This document shows positions 31,038 through 40,438 of a stretch of DNA of 64,000 bases, piece by piece. Each line of letters begins with the position of its first letter. Position 1 is the stretch's first letter. The notes under the pieces were generated by a model, which made no database searches, was not told where the DNA came from, and saw only the letters and a program-made list of their open reading frames with translations. The position numbers and the translations under genes are program-made. The DNA is taken from contig CASDWO010000061.1 in NCBI GenBank assembly GCA_949284575.1, forward strand, positions 16,924-80,923, written 5' to 3'. This DNA comes from an uncultured bacterium (lineage in GTDB: Bacteria; Bacillota_I; Bacilli_A; RF39; UBA660).

Positions 31038-32249
31038 TTAATGTCTTTTTTCTATATTGTAGCTTTCTTCTTTTTTACTTGCTCTTATAACACTACCTTT
31101 ACCATACTTTTTGATAATACTATCCATTACTTCTTCAACTTTATCATGAGTTTTAACATTAGATTCTTCAAACAAAGACATTTGACTAACTGCATTTTCT
31201 TTTAAATCACTTAATCTTACTCCTATATTTCTAATAGAGTCTTCCTTCCAACTAGCTTCAAAAATTGTTTTAACAGCTTTATAGATTTCTTCTGTTACAT
31301 TAGTAGGATTATCTAAAGTAATTTGATGGGAATAATTTTTAAATAAATTATTTCTATATGTAACAGCGATAGTTCCTGTATATAGTTTTTGACTTCTTAA
31401 AGTAAAAGAGACTTCCTCTGTTTCACTAAATAATATTTTTAATAAGTCTTCTTTTCTAGTTACATCATAAGGTAATGTTCTTGAAATACTAATACATTTA
31501 TTTTTAGCATTTCTAGGTTCTACTTTACTATAATCTATTCCTAATGCTGCTTCTTTAAAATAATCTCCTTGGCTTTTAAAATGTCTTCTTAATAGGTTGA
31601 TGTTAGACTCAGCTAAATCTTTAATAGTATATATTCCTAAGTCATTTAACTTTTTTGCAGAACTTTTACCTAGCATAAATAGATCATTTACTTTTAAAGG
31701 CCACATTTTAGTTTCAATTTCATTTAAATAAAGAGTATGGACTTTATCTGGCTTTTCAAAATCACTTGCCATTTTAGCACATAATTTATTTTCTCCTATT
31801 CCAACATTGACTGTGAAACCAAACTTTTCTTTGATTTCATCTTTTATTTTGTGTGCTAGAGATACATAATCATTACCATAAAGAAGTGAAGTTCCAGTAA
31901 GATCAAGAAAACACTCATCAATGGAATATTGTTCTATAATAGGTGAATACTCTGAAAGATAATTATATAAATTTTTAGATTGTTCTTTATAAAAAGTATA
32001 GTTAGGAGGGAATACTTGTAAGCTTTTGCATTTACTTCTAGCACTATATAATGTTTCTGCTGTTACTATTCCATATTTCTTAGCGATAGGACTTTTAGCA
32101 AGAACAATACCATGTCTTGCTTTTTCATCTCCTCCTATAACACTTGGAATCTTTCTAATATCTTGTTTATAGCCATGATTTAAAAGATAAATAGCAGTCC
32201 AAGACAAAAAGGCATTATTAACATCGATATGAAAAATAATTCGCTGCAT
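31038..32249 (-). CDS. Y-family translesion DNA polymerase, UmuC/YqjW-like (IDVNNAF N-terminus as in UmuC)
   Basis: Motifs HIDVNNAFLSW, SIDECFLDLTG, GIGENKLCAKMASD and the little-finger region. 403 aa. Confidence 0.85.
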   Translation of the reverse strand: MQRIIFHIDVNNAFLSWTAIYLLNHGYKQDIRKIPSVIGGDEKARHGIVLAKSPIAKKYGIVTAETLYSARSKCKSLQVFPPNYTFYKEQSKNLYNYLSEYSPIIEQYSIDECFLDLTGTSLLYGNDYVSLAHKIKDEIKEKFGFTVNVGIGENKLCAKMASDFEKPDKVHTLYLNEIETKMWPLKVNDLFMLGKSSAKKLNDLGIYTIKDLAESNINLLRRHFKSQGDYFKEAALGIDYSKVEPRNAKNKCISISRTLPYDVTRKEDLLKILFSETEEVSFTLRSQKLYTGTIAVTYRNNLFKNYSHQITLDNPTNVTEEIYKAVKTIFEASWKEDSIRNIGVRLSDLKENAVSQMSLFEESNVKTHDKVEEVMDSIIKKYGKGSVIRASKKEESYNIEKRH

Positions 32250-32310
32250 AGTTATTCCTCCTCTTTACTCTATTATATAATACGTTAGTTCTATTTAAAA
32301 GAGAAAAAAA

Positions 32311-32330
32311 TAACCAAATACTGGTTATCT
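32311..32330 (-). terminator. terminator hairpin (ATAACCAGTATTTGGTTAT + T7) after the zinc-ribbon membrane protein gene
   Basis: seen in sequence. Adjacent to a TCCACA-TTTTT-TGTGGA palindrome at 32334-32352. Confidence 0.55.
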
Positions 32331-32366
32331 GTTTTCCACATTTTTGTGGATAAAGTAATTATATTA

Positions 32367-32873
32367 TTAATATCCTGTAACTTCACTTAACTTGTAAGAT
32401 GCAACTTGACTTCCTTCACTATCACAAACTGCTTTGAATTTCCAACTTCCATAAGAATCAAGACTCATATTATAATCTCCACAAGTCCCTATGGTATTTC
32501 CTGTACTATCGTAAGCAGTGAAAGTTATTGATACATAAGATAGATTTTTATAAGAATTATTTTTTACATATCCTTCAATGTAATATAAGCCTAGAAGATC
32601 ATCAACATAGCCATAATGACCATCTTCTAAAGATAAATTAACTTTTTCTTTTATAGTTGAATTAGTGTAGTCAATGGAATAATCAAAATCATCACTATCA
32701 GTCCATATTCCATTTAATATAGCAATAGCAAAGAGAAAGACTAAACCTATTAATACCCCTTGAAAAATTGTTAAAGCTGAACTTTTTTGACTTCTTTTAC
32801 AGTAAGGACAAACTTTAGCATTTTTATCTATTTCTTCCCTACAATACTTACATTTCTTCATTTTACTTCTCAC
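32367..32873 (-). CDS. membrane protein with an N-terminal zinc ribbon (CxxC...CxxC), a single TM helix and a C-terminal extracytoplasmic domain
   Basis: N-terminus KCKYCREEIDKNAKVCPYCKRSQ, then the TM segment ALTIFQGVLIGLVFLFAIAIL. Confidence 0.55.
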   Translation of the reverse strand: MRSKMKKCKYCREEIDKNAKVCPYCKRSQKSSALTIFQGVLIGLVFLFAIAILNGIWTDSDDFDYSIDYTNSTIKEKVNLSLEDGHYGYVDDLLGLYYIEGYVKNNSYKNLSYVSITFTAYDSTGNTIGTCGDYNMSLDSYGSWKFKAVCDSEGSQVASYKLSEVTGY

Positions 32874-32910
32874 CTATTTTAATTATAATAGTTTTTTGCA
32901 TTAATGTAAA

Positions 32911-32933
32911 GTGCTGGTTTACATATATTTTTT
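32911..32933. promoter_or_regulatory. palindromic candidate operator ATGTAAA-N7-TTTACAT between the divergent XRE and zinc-ribbon genes
   Basis: seen in sequence. A TTGACA -35-like element follows at 32941. Confidence 0.35.
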
Positions 32934-32954
32934 CTTTTTTTTGACATAATAATA

Positions 32955-33197
32955 GTGGTGATTATCTTGGAAATATCTAAAGAAGAATTATATACATTAA
33001 TTGCTAGAAATATTAAAAAGTATAGGAAAGAGAAAGGTATTACTCAAGCTGTTTTAGCTGAAGAAGTAGGCGTTTCTCATGAATTTATTAGACGTATTGA
33101 ATCAAAAAAAGGTATCAAAACTTTTTCTGTTGATACCCTTTATAGAATTTCTCTTGCTTTAGATATAGATATTTCTAAATTGTTTGAAAGTGATTAA
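32955..33197 (+). CDS. XRE-family helix-turn-helix transcriptional regulator (HTH only, ~76-80 aa)
   Basis: HTH signature KGITQAVLAEEVGVSHEFIRRIE. There is no in-frame ATG. The likely start is TTG at 32967 (RBS GGTGA) or GTG at 32955. Confidence 0.65.
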   Translation: MVIILEISKEELYTLIARNIKKYRKEKGITQAVLAEEVGVSHEFIRRIESKKGIKTFSVDTLYRISLALDIDISKLFESD

Positions 33198-33202
33198 ACT
33201 TT

Positions 33203-34699
33203 TTATATTAAGTTATTACCAGTCATTTCATCTGGTTTTTCTATATCCATATATTTTAGTATTGTAGGAGCGATATCTCCTAGTTTACCTGTTTTAATTT
33301 CTTTTATATTATGGTCTGTAATAATAAACGGAACAGGACTCGTAGTGTGAGCAGTTATTACTTCTCCTTTATCGTCTTCCATAATTTCAGAGTTACCATG
33401 ATCTGCTGTTACAAACATAGTAAAGTTTTTTTCTTTACTCGCTTCATATAGTCTTCCAACATTTTCATTAACGGCTTTAACAGCTTCAACAACTTTATCA
33501 AATTTACCGGTATGTCCTACCATATCACAGTTAGCAAAGTTTAAAATGATTAAATCATATTTATCCATAACTTCTATTAATTTATCTGTTACTTCATAAG
33601 CACTCATAGCAGGATACATATCATATGTTGCTACATCTTTTCTTGGAACGATTATTTTATCTGTATTAGGAATATCTTTTTCTTCTCCTCCATCAAAGAA
33701 GTATGTAACATGTGGATATTTACTAGCTTCTGCTATTCTTAGAATCTTTAATCCAATTGAGGCAGCATATTCTCCTAATGTATTAGTTAAGTGCATTGGT
33801 GGAAAAGCAGGAGTTGCAATAACTGTATGTTCTGGTGTCATCATTGTAACTAGTTCTACATTTTTAAAATCTACTCGTGGGAACTCTTTAAAGTCTTTAT
33901 TAGTTAGAGCAGTGAAGGTTTGAGTAATACGGTCTGGTCTAAAGTTAAGCATTACCATACCATCATTTTCTTTTAGGGCTCCATCATCTATTAATTTAGC
34001 AGGAACAATGAACTCATCCATAATATTTTGTTTATATGAATCTTCTATATAATCTTTATATGAATCTATTTTTACTCCCTCTCCATGTACTAATAAATCA
34101 TAATACTTTTTAGTAACATTCCACATTCTTTCTCTATCCATAGAATAATATCTTCCTGAAATATCTGCTAGTTTACCAAAGCCTAGTTCATTAAGTTTAT
34201 TAGTTAGAGAATCTAGGAAGGTAAGAGCAACATCGGGAAGAGTATCTCTACCATCTAAAAATGCGTGAACATAGACATTATGAAAGTTTTCTTTTTTACA
34301 TAGGTCTAACATTGCAAAGAAGTGATTAATATGAGAATGAACTCCTCCATCACTTAATAAGCCAAATAAATGAAGTGATGAATTATTTTCTTTACAATGA
34401 TTAATTATATCTAGTAAGACTTCGTTCTTAAAGAAACTACCATCTTCTATAGCGTGATTTATCTGCATAAGAGGTTGGTCTACAACACGTCCTGCTCCTA
34501 TATTTAAATGTCCTACTTCACTATTACCCATTTGTCCAGCTGGAAGTCCAACTGCTTCACCACTAGCTTCCAAAGTAGTATGAGGGTATTCCTTCCATAA
34601 ATTTATTATATTTTCTGGGTTAGCTGCAATAACGGCATTACCTTTCTTTTCTTCTCTATATCCAAAACCATCTATAATTGTTAATAATACTTTTTTCAT
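33203..34699 (-). CDS. gpmI: 2,3-bisphosphoglycerate-independent phosphoglycerate mutase
   Basis: iPGM family (alkaline-phosphatase-like core with metal ligands). 498 aa. Confidence 0.95.
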   Translation of the reverse strand: MKKVLLTIIDGFGYREEKKGNAVIAANPENIINLWKEYPHTTLEASGEAVGLPAGQMGNSEVGHLNIGAGRVVDQPLMQINHAIEDGSFFKNEVLLDIINHCKENNSSLHLFGLLSDGGVHSHINHFFAMLDLCKKENFHNVYVHAFLDGRDTLPDVALTFLDSLTNKLNELGFGKLADISGRYYSMDRERMWNVTKKYYDLLVHGEGVKIDSYKDYIEDSYKQNIMDEFIVPAKLIDDGALKENDGMVMLNFRPDRITQTFTALTNKDFKEFPRVDFKNVELVTMMTPEHTVIATPAFPPMHLTNTLGEYAASIGLKILRIAEASKYPHVTYFFDGGEEKDIPNTDKIIVPRKDVATYDMYPAMSAYEVTDKLIEVMDKYDLIILNFANCDMVGHTGKFDKVVEAVKAVNENVGRLYEASKEKNFTMFVTADHGNSEIMEDDKGEVITAHTTSPVPFIITDHNIKEIKTGKLGDIAPTILKYMDIEKPDEMTGNNLI

Positions 34700-35763
34700 A
34701 AACTTTTTCCTCCTCTTTCTTTTTGATATTCACTAAAATAACTAGTTAAGTTTTTACTGTAATCTATTATAACTTCATTAGTAATTCCCCACCTACTGTA
34801 ATCAGGTAGTTCATCTTTAGGAAACTTTGTGCCTATCATTTCCTTATATTCTCTTAATCCTTCTTCTTCATTATCTAATATTTTCTTAGCAAATATTGTT
34901 CCAATTAAAATACTTTTTAATGTCAATAATAATTCTATTGATGTCAAACTTTTATTAGTTATATTTTCAAAAGCATAATTTTCTATAGTAGTTCTTGGTA
35001 ATAGTATAGATGGCGATTTACCACTAATTATAGACATTGTTCTTTTACATAAATATATTAATATATTAATTTCGTTATTTAGGTTAACTTCTTTTATACT
35101 TTTATATATTTGCAAAGCATAGCTTGGTACCTCGTAACTATATGGATAACTATTTTCATAGTAGTCTTTATTTTTAGCATCTATAGTATGAACAATTTCA
35201 TGTAATAGCGTACTTGAATTTAAACTACAAGAAATATAACATTCTTTAAAAATGGGAAATCTATAGTTTCTTCCAGATACATTTATCTCATCTTCAAGAT
35301 TATCAAATAATGCTATGTGACTAGTATCTTTAGCAATGTTGATTATATCTTTTTTTAACTCTTCATCCTGTAGTGTCTTGGCAAAATCTATTACCTCCAT
35401 AATACATTCTTCTTTTGATTTTGAAAGATGTTCTTCTTGCCATTCAAAGGGTTGTAGTAGAGCGATGTTTTTACATAATATAAAGGCAAATTTTAAATCT
35501 TCTTTATATTTATTAAAGAGTACTGACTCATTATTATCATATTGCTTTTTTTCTCTTTTCAAAGACAGTTTTGTAGTTGATAACCATAATGGACTATTGT
35601 ATATTTTTATTTTTCTTCCATCCAACAATTCTAACATTTCAATAATAGCAACTCTATTATTAAATATTTTATATTTTTTATCTTTATCTTTTGCATTTTT
35701 TAATAGGTCGTTTAAATATCTTAACTTCGCTTCTAAATCTTTCTTATCCCACATGTTAAGCAC
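34696..35763 (-). CDS. hypothetical HExxH-motif protein (putative zinc metallopeptidase), translationally coupled to gpmI
   Basis: HEIVH motif in ...SSTLLHEIVHTIDAKN. 4-nt ATGA overlap with the gpmI start. Confidence 0.5.
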   Translation of the reverse strand: MLNMWDKKDLEAKLRYLNDLLKNAKDKDKKYKIFNNRVAIIEMLELLDGRKIKIYNSPLWLSTTKLSLKREKKQYDNNESVLFNKYKEDLKFAFILCKNIALLQPFEWQEEHLSKSKEECIMEVIDFAKTLQDEELKKDIINIAKDTSHIALFDNLEDEINVSGRNYRFPIFKECYISCSLNSSTLLHEIVHTIDAKNKDYYENSYPYSYEVPSYALQIYKSIKEVNLNNEINILIYLCKRTMSIISGKSPSILLPRTTIENYAFENITNKSLTSIELLLTLKSILIGTIFAKKILDNEEEGLREYKEMIGTKFPKDELPDYSRWGITNEVIIDYSKNLTSYFSEYQKERGGKSL

Positions 35764-35769
35764 TACCTT

Positions 35770-37047
35770 CTAGTATAATTGTTCATTTAAACAGAATATA
35801 GCATATATTGGTAAGTATCTAACATTTTTCTTTGTTGAAAAGTTATTTTCTGTAATACGATAGGCATCTGTTACAATATATTTTTTTATAAAGACTGATA
35901 AACTTTTTACCTTAGAACCTTGTTTAGTGGCAATTTCTATAGGAATAATTTTTCCCATTCTATTTTGAATAACAAAGTTAACTTCTGCTTTTCCCTCTGA
36001 CTGATAATAATATAAGGAATAACCTGCTTCTACTAAAGTATGAGCGATATGATTTTCATATAAGGCTTGTTTAACATTTTCATCTACTTTTAATCTATCT
36101 TTAGTTAAGTTATATCTCATACTTAAAAGTCCATCATCTGGAAGATATAATTTAAAACTATCAAGTTCTCTACAACTAGATAAAGGTGACTTTGCTACTC
36201 TTATTTTATATGAACGATATACTAATTGATTAGTTACAAGGAAGTTAATAGAGTTTTCAAATTCTTTAGCACGTCTTCCATAGCCTAAGATACCATATTG
36301 AAATTTTTTATTTTCTTTTTCTAATTGTTTAGGGATACTTTCCATTACTTCAATACCACGTTCTATATCTATTAGGTTTTTACTATTTAGTAGTTCACTT
36401 TTATTAATATCAAATACTCTTTCTTTGATACTATCTAAATATCCATAATGTTTTTTAGTTGCAAAAGCTTCTACTACTTCAGGAAGTCCTCCTGTTATTA
36501 AATAGTCATAAAAGAAATCTAAAGCTTTAGTATGAACACTACAACTTCTATGATTATCATAAGCATATCTTATTTTTTCTGCTGTTTCTTTTTCTCCTAT
36601 AGCCCATAAAAATTCTTCATAGTCCATTTCGGTCATAATTTTATATTGGAATTCTTCTCCTCTAAACTTTAGAAGTGAATCTCTACTTGAGGTTATTGCA
36701 ATGACATGATAATCATTTTTATCATAGCCAAAAAGTTTTAGGCCTTTTATGATTTCTTCATCAGTAACATTATCAAAGATTATTAAGGTATCATTTTTAA
36801 CAATAGGAACTTCTGATATAATACTTAAAGCTTCAGCTAGTTTAGTCATAGATCTTTCTTTTTTAAATAAGTCTTTAAGAATCGTATTATGATCTGTGTT
36901 AAAGTAAGCGACATATTTATAATTACTTTTACCAAAATCTAAAGCTACATATGTCTTACCAACTTGTCTTGTTCCTATTATTAATAATGGTTTTCTTATT
37001 AAATCATTTTTCCATTTTAATAAGAATTTTGTTATTTTTCGTTCCAT
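35770..37047 (-). CDS. AAA-type ATPase (AAA_14/DUF4143-like ATP-binding protein)
   Basis: Walker A IIGTRQVGKT and Walker B LIIFD. C-terminal DUF4143-like region. Confidence 0.65.
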   Translation of the reverse strand: MERKITKFLLKWKNDLIRKPLLIIGTRQVGKTYVALDFGKSNYKYVAYFNTDHNTILKDLFKKERSMTKLAEALSIISEVPIVKNDTLIIFDNVTDEEIIKGLKLFGYDKNDYHVIAITSSRDSLLKFRGEEFQYKIMTEMDYEEFLWAIGEKETAEKIRYAYDNHRSCSVHTKALDFFYDYLITGGLPEVVEAFATKKHYGYLDSIKERVFDINKSELLNSKNLIDIERGIEVMESIPKQLEKENKKFQYGILGYGRRAKEFENSINFLVTNQLVYRSYKIRVAKSPLSSCRELDSFKLYLPDDGLLSMRYNLTKDRLKVDENVKQALYENHIAHTLVEAGYSLYYYQSEGKAEVNFVIQNRMGKIIPIEIATKQGSKVKSLSVFIKKYIVTDAYRITENNFSTKKNVRYLPIYAIFCLNEQLY

Positions 37048-37113
37048 TTAGTGTAGTCACCTCCCACATCTTCTAATATAAGTATAGAACTATTATTTTT
37101 TTTAGTCAAGATT

Positions 37114-38160
37114 TTAGATTAAATCATTCTTAAATGTTTTAACTTTCTTTTTAGATAAACTAGCATTTATAAAGTCTTTTTTTTGACTGTAAGCAAGTTC
37201 TAATTCCTTTATTTCTCTTTTTAGATTTTCTAGTTGTTGTTTTTTATTAGCAAGGTTTAAAGCTTCATTTGCAGTTATAGAAATTGAAGTGTTTTCATTA
37301 CATTCTAAAAGTCTTTCTTCAAGCCGTTGTAAGTTTAGAGTAAGTGATTCTCTTGCAATTAATAAAGGATCAGTTAAAGTGCTACTTGTTATTGCTTTAT
37401 TATAAAATGTAAGCATATTATTAAAAGTCATCTCATTAGTACTTTGAAAAGTAGATTTTTCTGTTTTAAAAGTATCATAATAGAAGTTTAAATTATCAGT
37501 ATGATGAATTTTAGAAGAAGCGATAATTAAATTTTTACTATTTATATCAATATCATTGTTTGATGTTATTTCACTATTTAAGATAGTTACTTTTCCTCCT
37601 GTTAAATATAAATATCCATATACATCCATATGACAGTTATTTAAAAAGATCTTGTCACTAATTATTTCATTTTCACAACCTGATAAGATGTGATTGCCTT
37701 CAATAGTTATTCTTCCTGCTCTAACTTTAATATGTTTCATTTTAGTGTTTTCAGTAGGATCTAATTTATTTCTTACTCCTTTGAATGCGATACTTTCGCT
37801 ATCTATTTCTAGATTGTAAGTGGTTAAGTTAGTAAAGTAAAGAGAACCGCCTTTTATTACACTAGTTTGAGAAAAATCATCAATAAGGCAATTATGAAAA
37901 TAAACTTTAGTATTTTTATTTTTTATAATTAATTCTATTAAATAGTTAAAATTACAATTTATAAAGATAGCTTCTTCAACATCTTCATCTATTTCAATGC
38001 TAATACCTTCTATTAAACCTTTACTATGAAATCTCGTTTTATGATAACCTTTCTTACTATAATCACAATCATCTAAATAAGAATAATTAGTAAAGTTAGG
38101 ATTTATTTTTTTAAATTTACCATTCTTTTTAAAATAGACTTGGCTTTTTTTATTCTGCAT
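37114..38160 (-). CDS. hypothetical beta-strand-rich (beta-helix-like repeat) protein with a C-terminal coiled-coil
   Basis: Repetitive short beta-strand pattern (..ITIEGNHILSG..KVTILNSEITS..LIIASSKIHH..), then a coiled-coil LQRLEERLL...LENLKREIKELE. Confidence 0.45.
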   Translation of the reverse strand: MQNKKSQVYFKKNGKFKKINPNFTNYSYLDDCDYSKKGYHKTRFHSKGLIEGISIEIDEDVEEAIFINCNFNYLIELIIKNKNTKVYFHNCLIDDFSQTSVIKGGSLYFTNLTTYNLEIDSESIAFKGVRNKLDPTENTKMKHIKVRAGRITIEGNHILSGCENEIISDKIFLNNCHMDVYGYLYLTGGKVTILNSEITSNNDIDINSKNLIIASSKIHHTDNLNFYYDTFKTEKSTFQSTNEMTFNNMLTFYNKAITSSTLTDPLLIARESLTLNLQRLEERLLECNENTSISITANEALNLANKKQQLENLKREIKELELAYSQKKDFINASLSKKKVKTFKNDLI

Positions 38161-38285
38161 ATTATTTCCTCCTATTAATAGGATAACTTAAAAGGACAAA
38201 ACTAGCAAATTAAAATAGCTTAAAATGTAACTAATCTAAAGAAAAGCAAAATAAAAAGACTACTACTGCTCGTCTTAATGTTTTA

Positions 38286-39062
38286 CTACTGCCTAATTGC
38301 ATCTTGATGAAATTCAAGACGAAGTTTATCGGCGACTGTGACAATAAACTCGGAATTAGTTGGTTTTGCTTTATCAATATCAACACTATGTCCAAAGATA
38401 TCTTCCATCAATTGCCAATTACCTCTATTCCAACTTACTTCAATAGCATGTCTTATGGCTCTTTCAACTCTTGATACTGTTGTATCAAACTTTTCTGCTA
38501 TATCAGGATATAATTCTTTGGTAATACCTCCTATTACTTCAGGATGTTCATATAAAACTGTGATACCTTCTCTTATATATTGATATCCTTTAATATGAGA
38601 TGGTACACCTAACTCATGTAATATTTTAGTTATAGATACTTGTAAATTATTATATTTCATATCTATTGTTTTCTTATCATAGTTATTATTATTACTACAT
38701 TCTAAGATTCTCTTTTCTAATTCAGTTAATTCAAAAGGCTTTAAGATAAAATAACTAACACCTAATTCACTAGTTTCTCTTATTACTTCTCCGGTATTAA
38801 AAGATGTTAAAACAATGACTTTCTTAGCTAACTTTTTATTTTTCATATCTTTTAAAACACTTATTCCATCTTTTTTAGGCATAATTAAATCTAAAAGAAT
38901 AACATCATAATCATCTTGTCTATTTTCTATTAAATCTAAACCCTCAACACCATCACTAGCGGTTAAACTAATGGCAATCTCATTATGATCTTTAAAATAT
39001 TCCTTTACCATTTTTACTAACTCTTTATTATCATCAATCATTAATACGTTGGTCTTTTTCAT
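38286..39062 (-). CDS. spo0A: sporulation master regulator Spo0A (receiver domain + Spo0A C-terminal DNA-binding domain)
   Basis: Receiver domain with phospho-acceptor Asp ([10 protein letters not shown]). Spo0A_C signatures [19 protein letters not shown]..., [19 protein letters not shown] and [19 protein letters not shown]. Start at MKKTNV with RBS GGAAGGAGAG. Confidence 0.9.
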   Translation of the reverse strand: MKKTNVLMIDDNKELVKMVKEYFKDHNEIAISLTASDGVEGLDLIENRQDDYDVILLDLIMPKKDGISVLKDMKNKKLAKKVIVLTSFNTGEVIRETSELGVSYFILKPFELTELEKRILECSNNNNYDKKTIDMKYNNLQVSITKILHELGVPSHIKGYQYIREGITVLYEHPEVIGGITKELYPDIAEKFDTTVSRVERAIRHAIEVSWNRGNWQLMEDIFGHSVDIDKAKPTNSEFIVTVADKLRLEFHQDAIRQ

Positions 39063-39142
39063 TTTCTCTCCTTCCATATACTACCACGCATTTTAATTAT
39101 ATAACAGATATTAAAAATTTGATAGAGCAAAAAAGGAGATGT

Positions 39143-39154
39143 TTTGTCGAAAAA
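39143..39154. promoter_or_regulatory. consensus Spo0A box (TTTGTCGAAAA) about 85 bp upstream of spo0A
   Basis: TGTCGAA at 39145-39151 matches the 0A-box consensus exactly. Confidence 0.5.
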
Positions 39155-39163
39155 GAAAAAGTT

Positions 39164-39679
39164 TTAACTATTTTTAGTTAGAACTCTTTGCTTAGGTAAC
39201 TCTATCGTTTGACATTTTTTCTTTATTTTATAGCCTATAACTTGATCATCACGAGATATTTCTTCAAATGGTAATTCACATTTATCAGCTAATTCTTTTA
39301 TATAACTTGGTCTTATAAAAGTATATTTGCATTTATCATTAACATGATCTACTTCTAATCTTATTGCATAAATAGGATTATCTTCACTTATTATATACTT
39401 GGTAAAGTTAGTCTTATTTAGTAATTTAAGTCCTTTTTTAATATTTTCCCATAAATATTGATTAAATTCTTCTTGATTAGAAATATCATTACTGATGCTA
39501 TAGGATATTTCATCTGTAAATAAATCATTATTAGCAGCATATTCTAGATATTTATCAATATAGTTATTATAATAGTCAACACTATTTTGGAATAATTTTT
39601 TTTCGATAATTTCTATTTCTGCAAAAGCGGTTTTGATACTATCTTCACGCATTTTATCTAATTCAACCGAATTATACAT
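39164..39679 (-). CDS. hypothetical 171-aa protein; intact copy of a tandem paralog pair
   Basis: Preceded by a near-consensus promoter TTTACA-17-TATAAT and RBS AAAGGAGGAG. Paralogous to the degraded ORF at 39882-40418. Confidence 0.6.
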   Translation of the reverse strand: MYNSVELDKMREDSIKTAFAEIEIIEKKLFQNSVDYYNNYIDKYLEYAANNDLFTDEISYSISNDISNQEEFNQYLWENIKKGLKLLNKTNFTKYIISEDNPIYAIRLEVDHVNDKCKYTFIRPSYIKELADKCELPFEEISRDDQVIGYKIKKKCQTIELPKQRVLTKNS

Positions 39680-39881
39680 TACTACTCCTCCTTTAGTTCA
39701 TTATAGTTTTTTTAATAGAGCTTGTAAAGGAGAAATTTTAATATTTTATTGTAGTTTATTGAAAAGGCATTTTACCCTTGACTTTTCATACCTTGAATAT
39801 AATAAGTAAAACAACCAAAACTTCTTTTTGGTTGTTATCAATAATTTATTTAAAAGTTGCAGTTAATTTTGCAATTTACCT

Positions 39882-40418
39882 TTAATTTTTCTTAATTAAA
39901 ACTTTATGTTTATCTAAATTTATTTTTGGTATTGTAGCACTGACAGTATATACTTCAGTAAAACCAGTATCCTTTAATTCTGTTTCTTCAAAAACTAAAT
40001 TATCTTGTTCTGCTAATTCTTTTATGTATGAAGGTCATATAAACAAAAATTCTTCTTTTTCTTCATTAGACTCTGTTGCTTGTACTGCAATTATGCGATT
40101 AACTGCATCCTCTTCTAAGTTTACATATTTCCATAAAACCCTGTGATTAATATTATTTTCTGTAACTTTCATAGCTCAATTTAAAAATGAGCTTCCATGA
40201 TTATAATATTGACTGCTAACCATCTTTTCATCAGTAAAAGTAATGGCAAGATCAGACATTGGATTTGTTTTGGCATCTTTAGATAGATTTTTATTAATAT
40301 ATTCTTGATAATAAGTAATACTAAAACCTTTTATAAATTTTTCTATCTCTTATAAATATTGTTCTTGTTGTTTAATAGACTCATTTCTATTTGCTATTAA
40401 TTCTTCTAAATTTGGCAT
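39882..40418 (-). pseudogene. degraded paralog of the 171-aa gene: in-frame TAA at codon 23 and two in-frame TGA codons
   Basis: Manual translation MPNLEELIANRNESIKQQEQYL*EIEKF...SSFLN*AMKV...EEFLFI*PSYIKELAEQDNLVFEE... aligns with the downstream protein (..KYTFIRPSYIKELADKCELPFEE..). RBS GGAAGTGAG is retained. A terminator hairpin sits at about 39812-39840. Confidence 0.75.
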
Positions 40419-40438
40419 AATCTCACTTCCTTAGCTTA

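Noticed and set aside
32255-32300. Possible LexA (Cheo) box upstream of the UmuC-like polymerase (GAACTAACGTAT).
   Set aside because: Only one half-site (GAAC) matches GAAC-N4-GTTC. It is too degenerate to call. Likewise, no Cheo box was seen at the uvrB promoter.
39882-40418. In-frame TGA codons could mean TGA=Trp recoding (a Mollicutes-like code 4) or selenocysteine.
   Set aside because: The same ORF also carries an in-frame TAA. All long housekeeping genes in the window are intact under the standard code with no in-frame TGA. No SECIS-like context was seen. A pseudogene is the parsimonious call.
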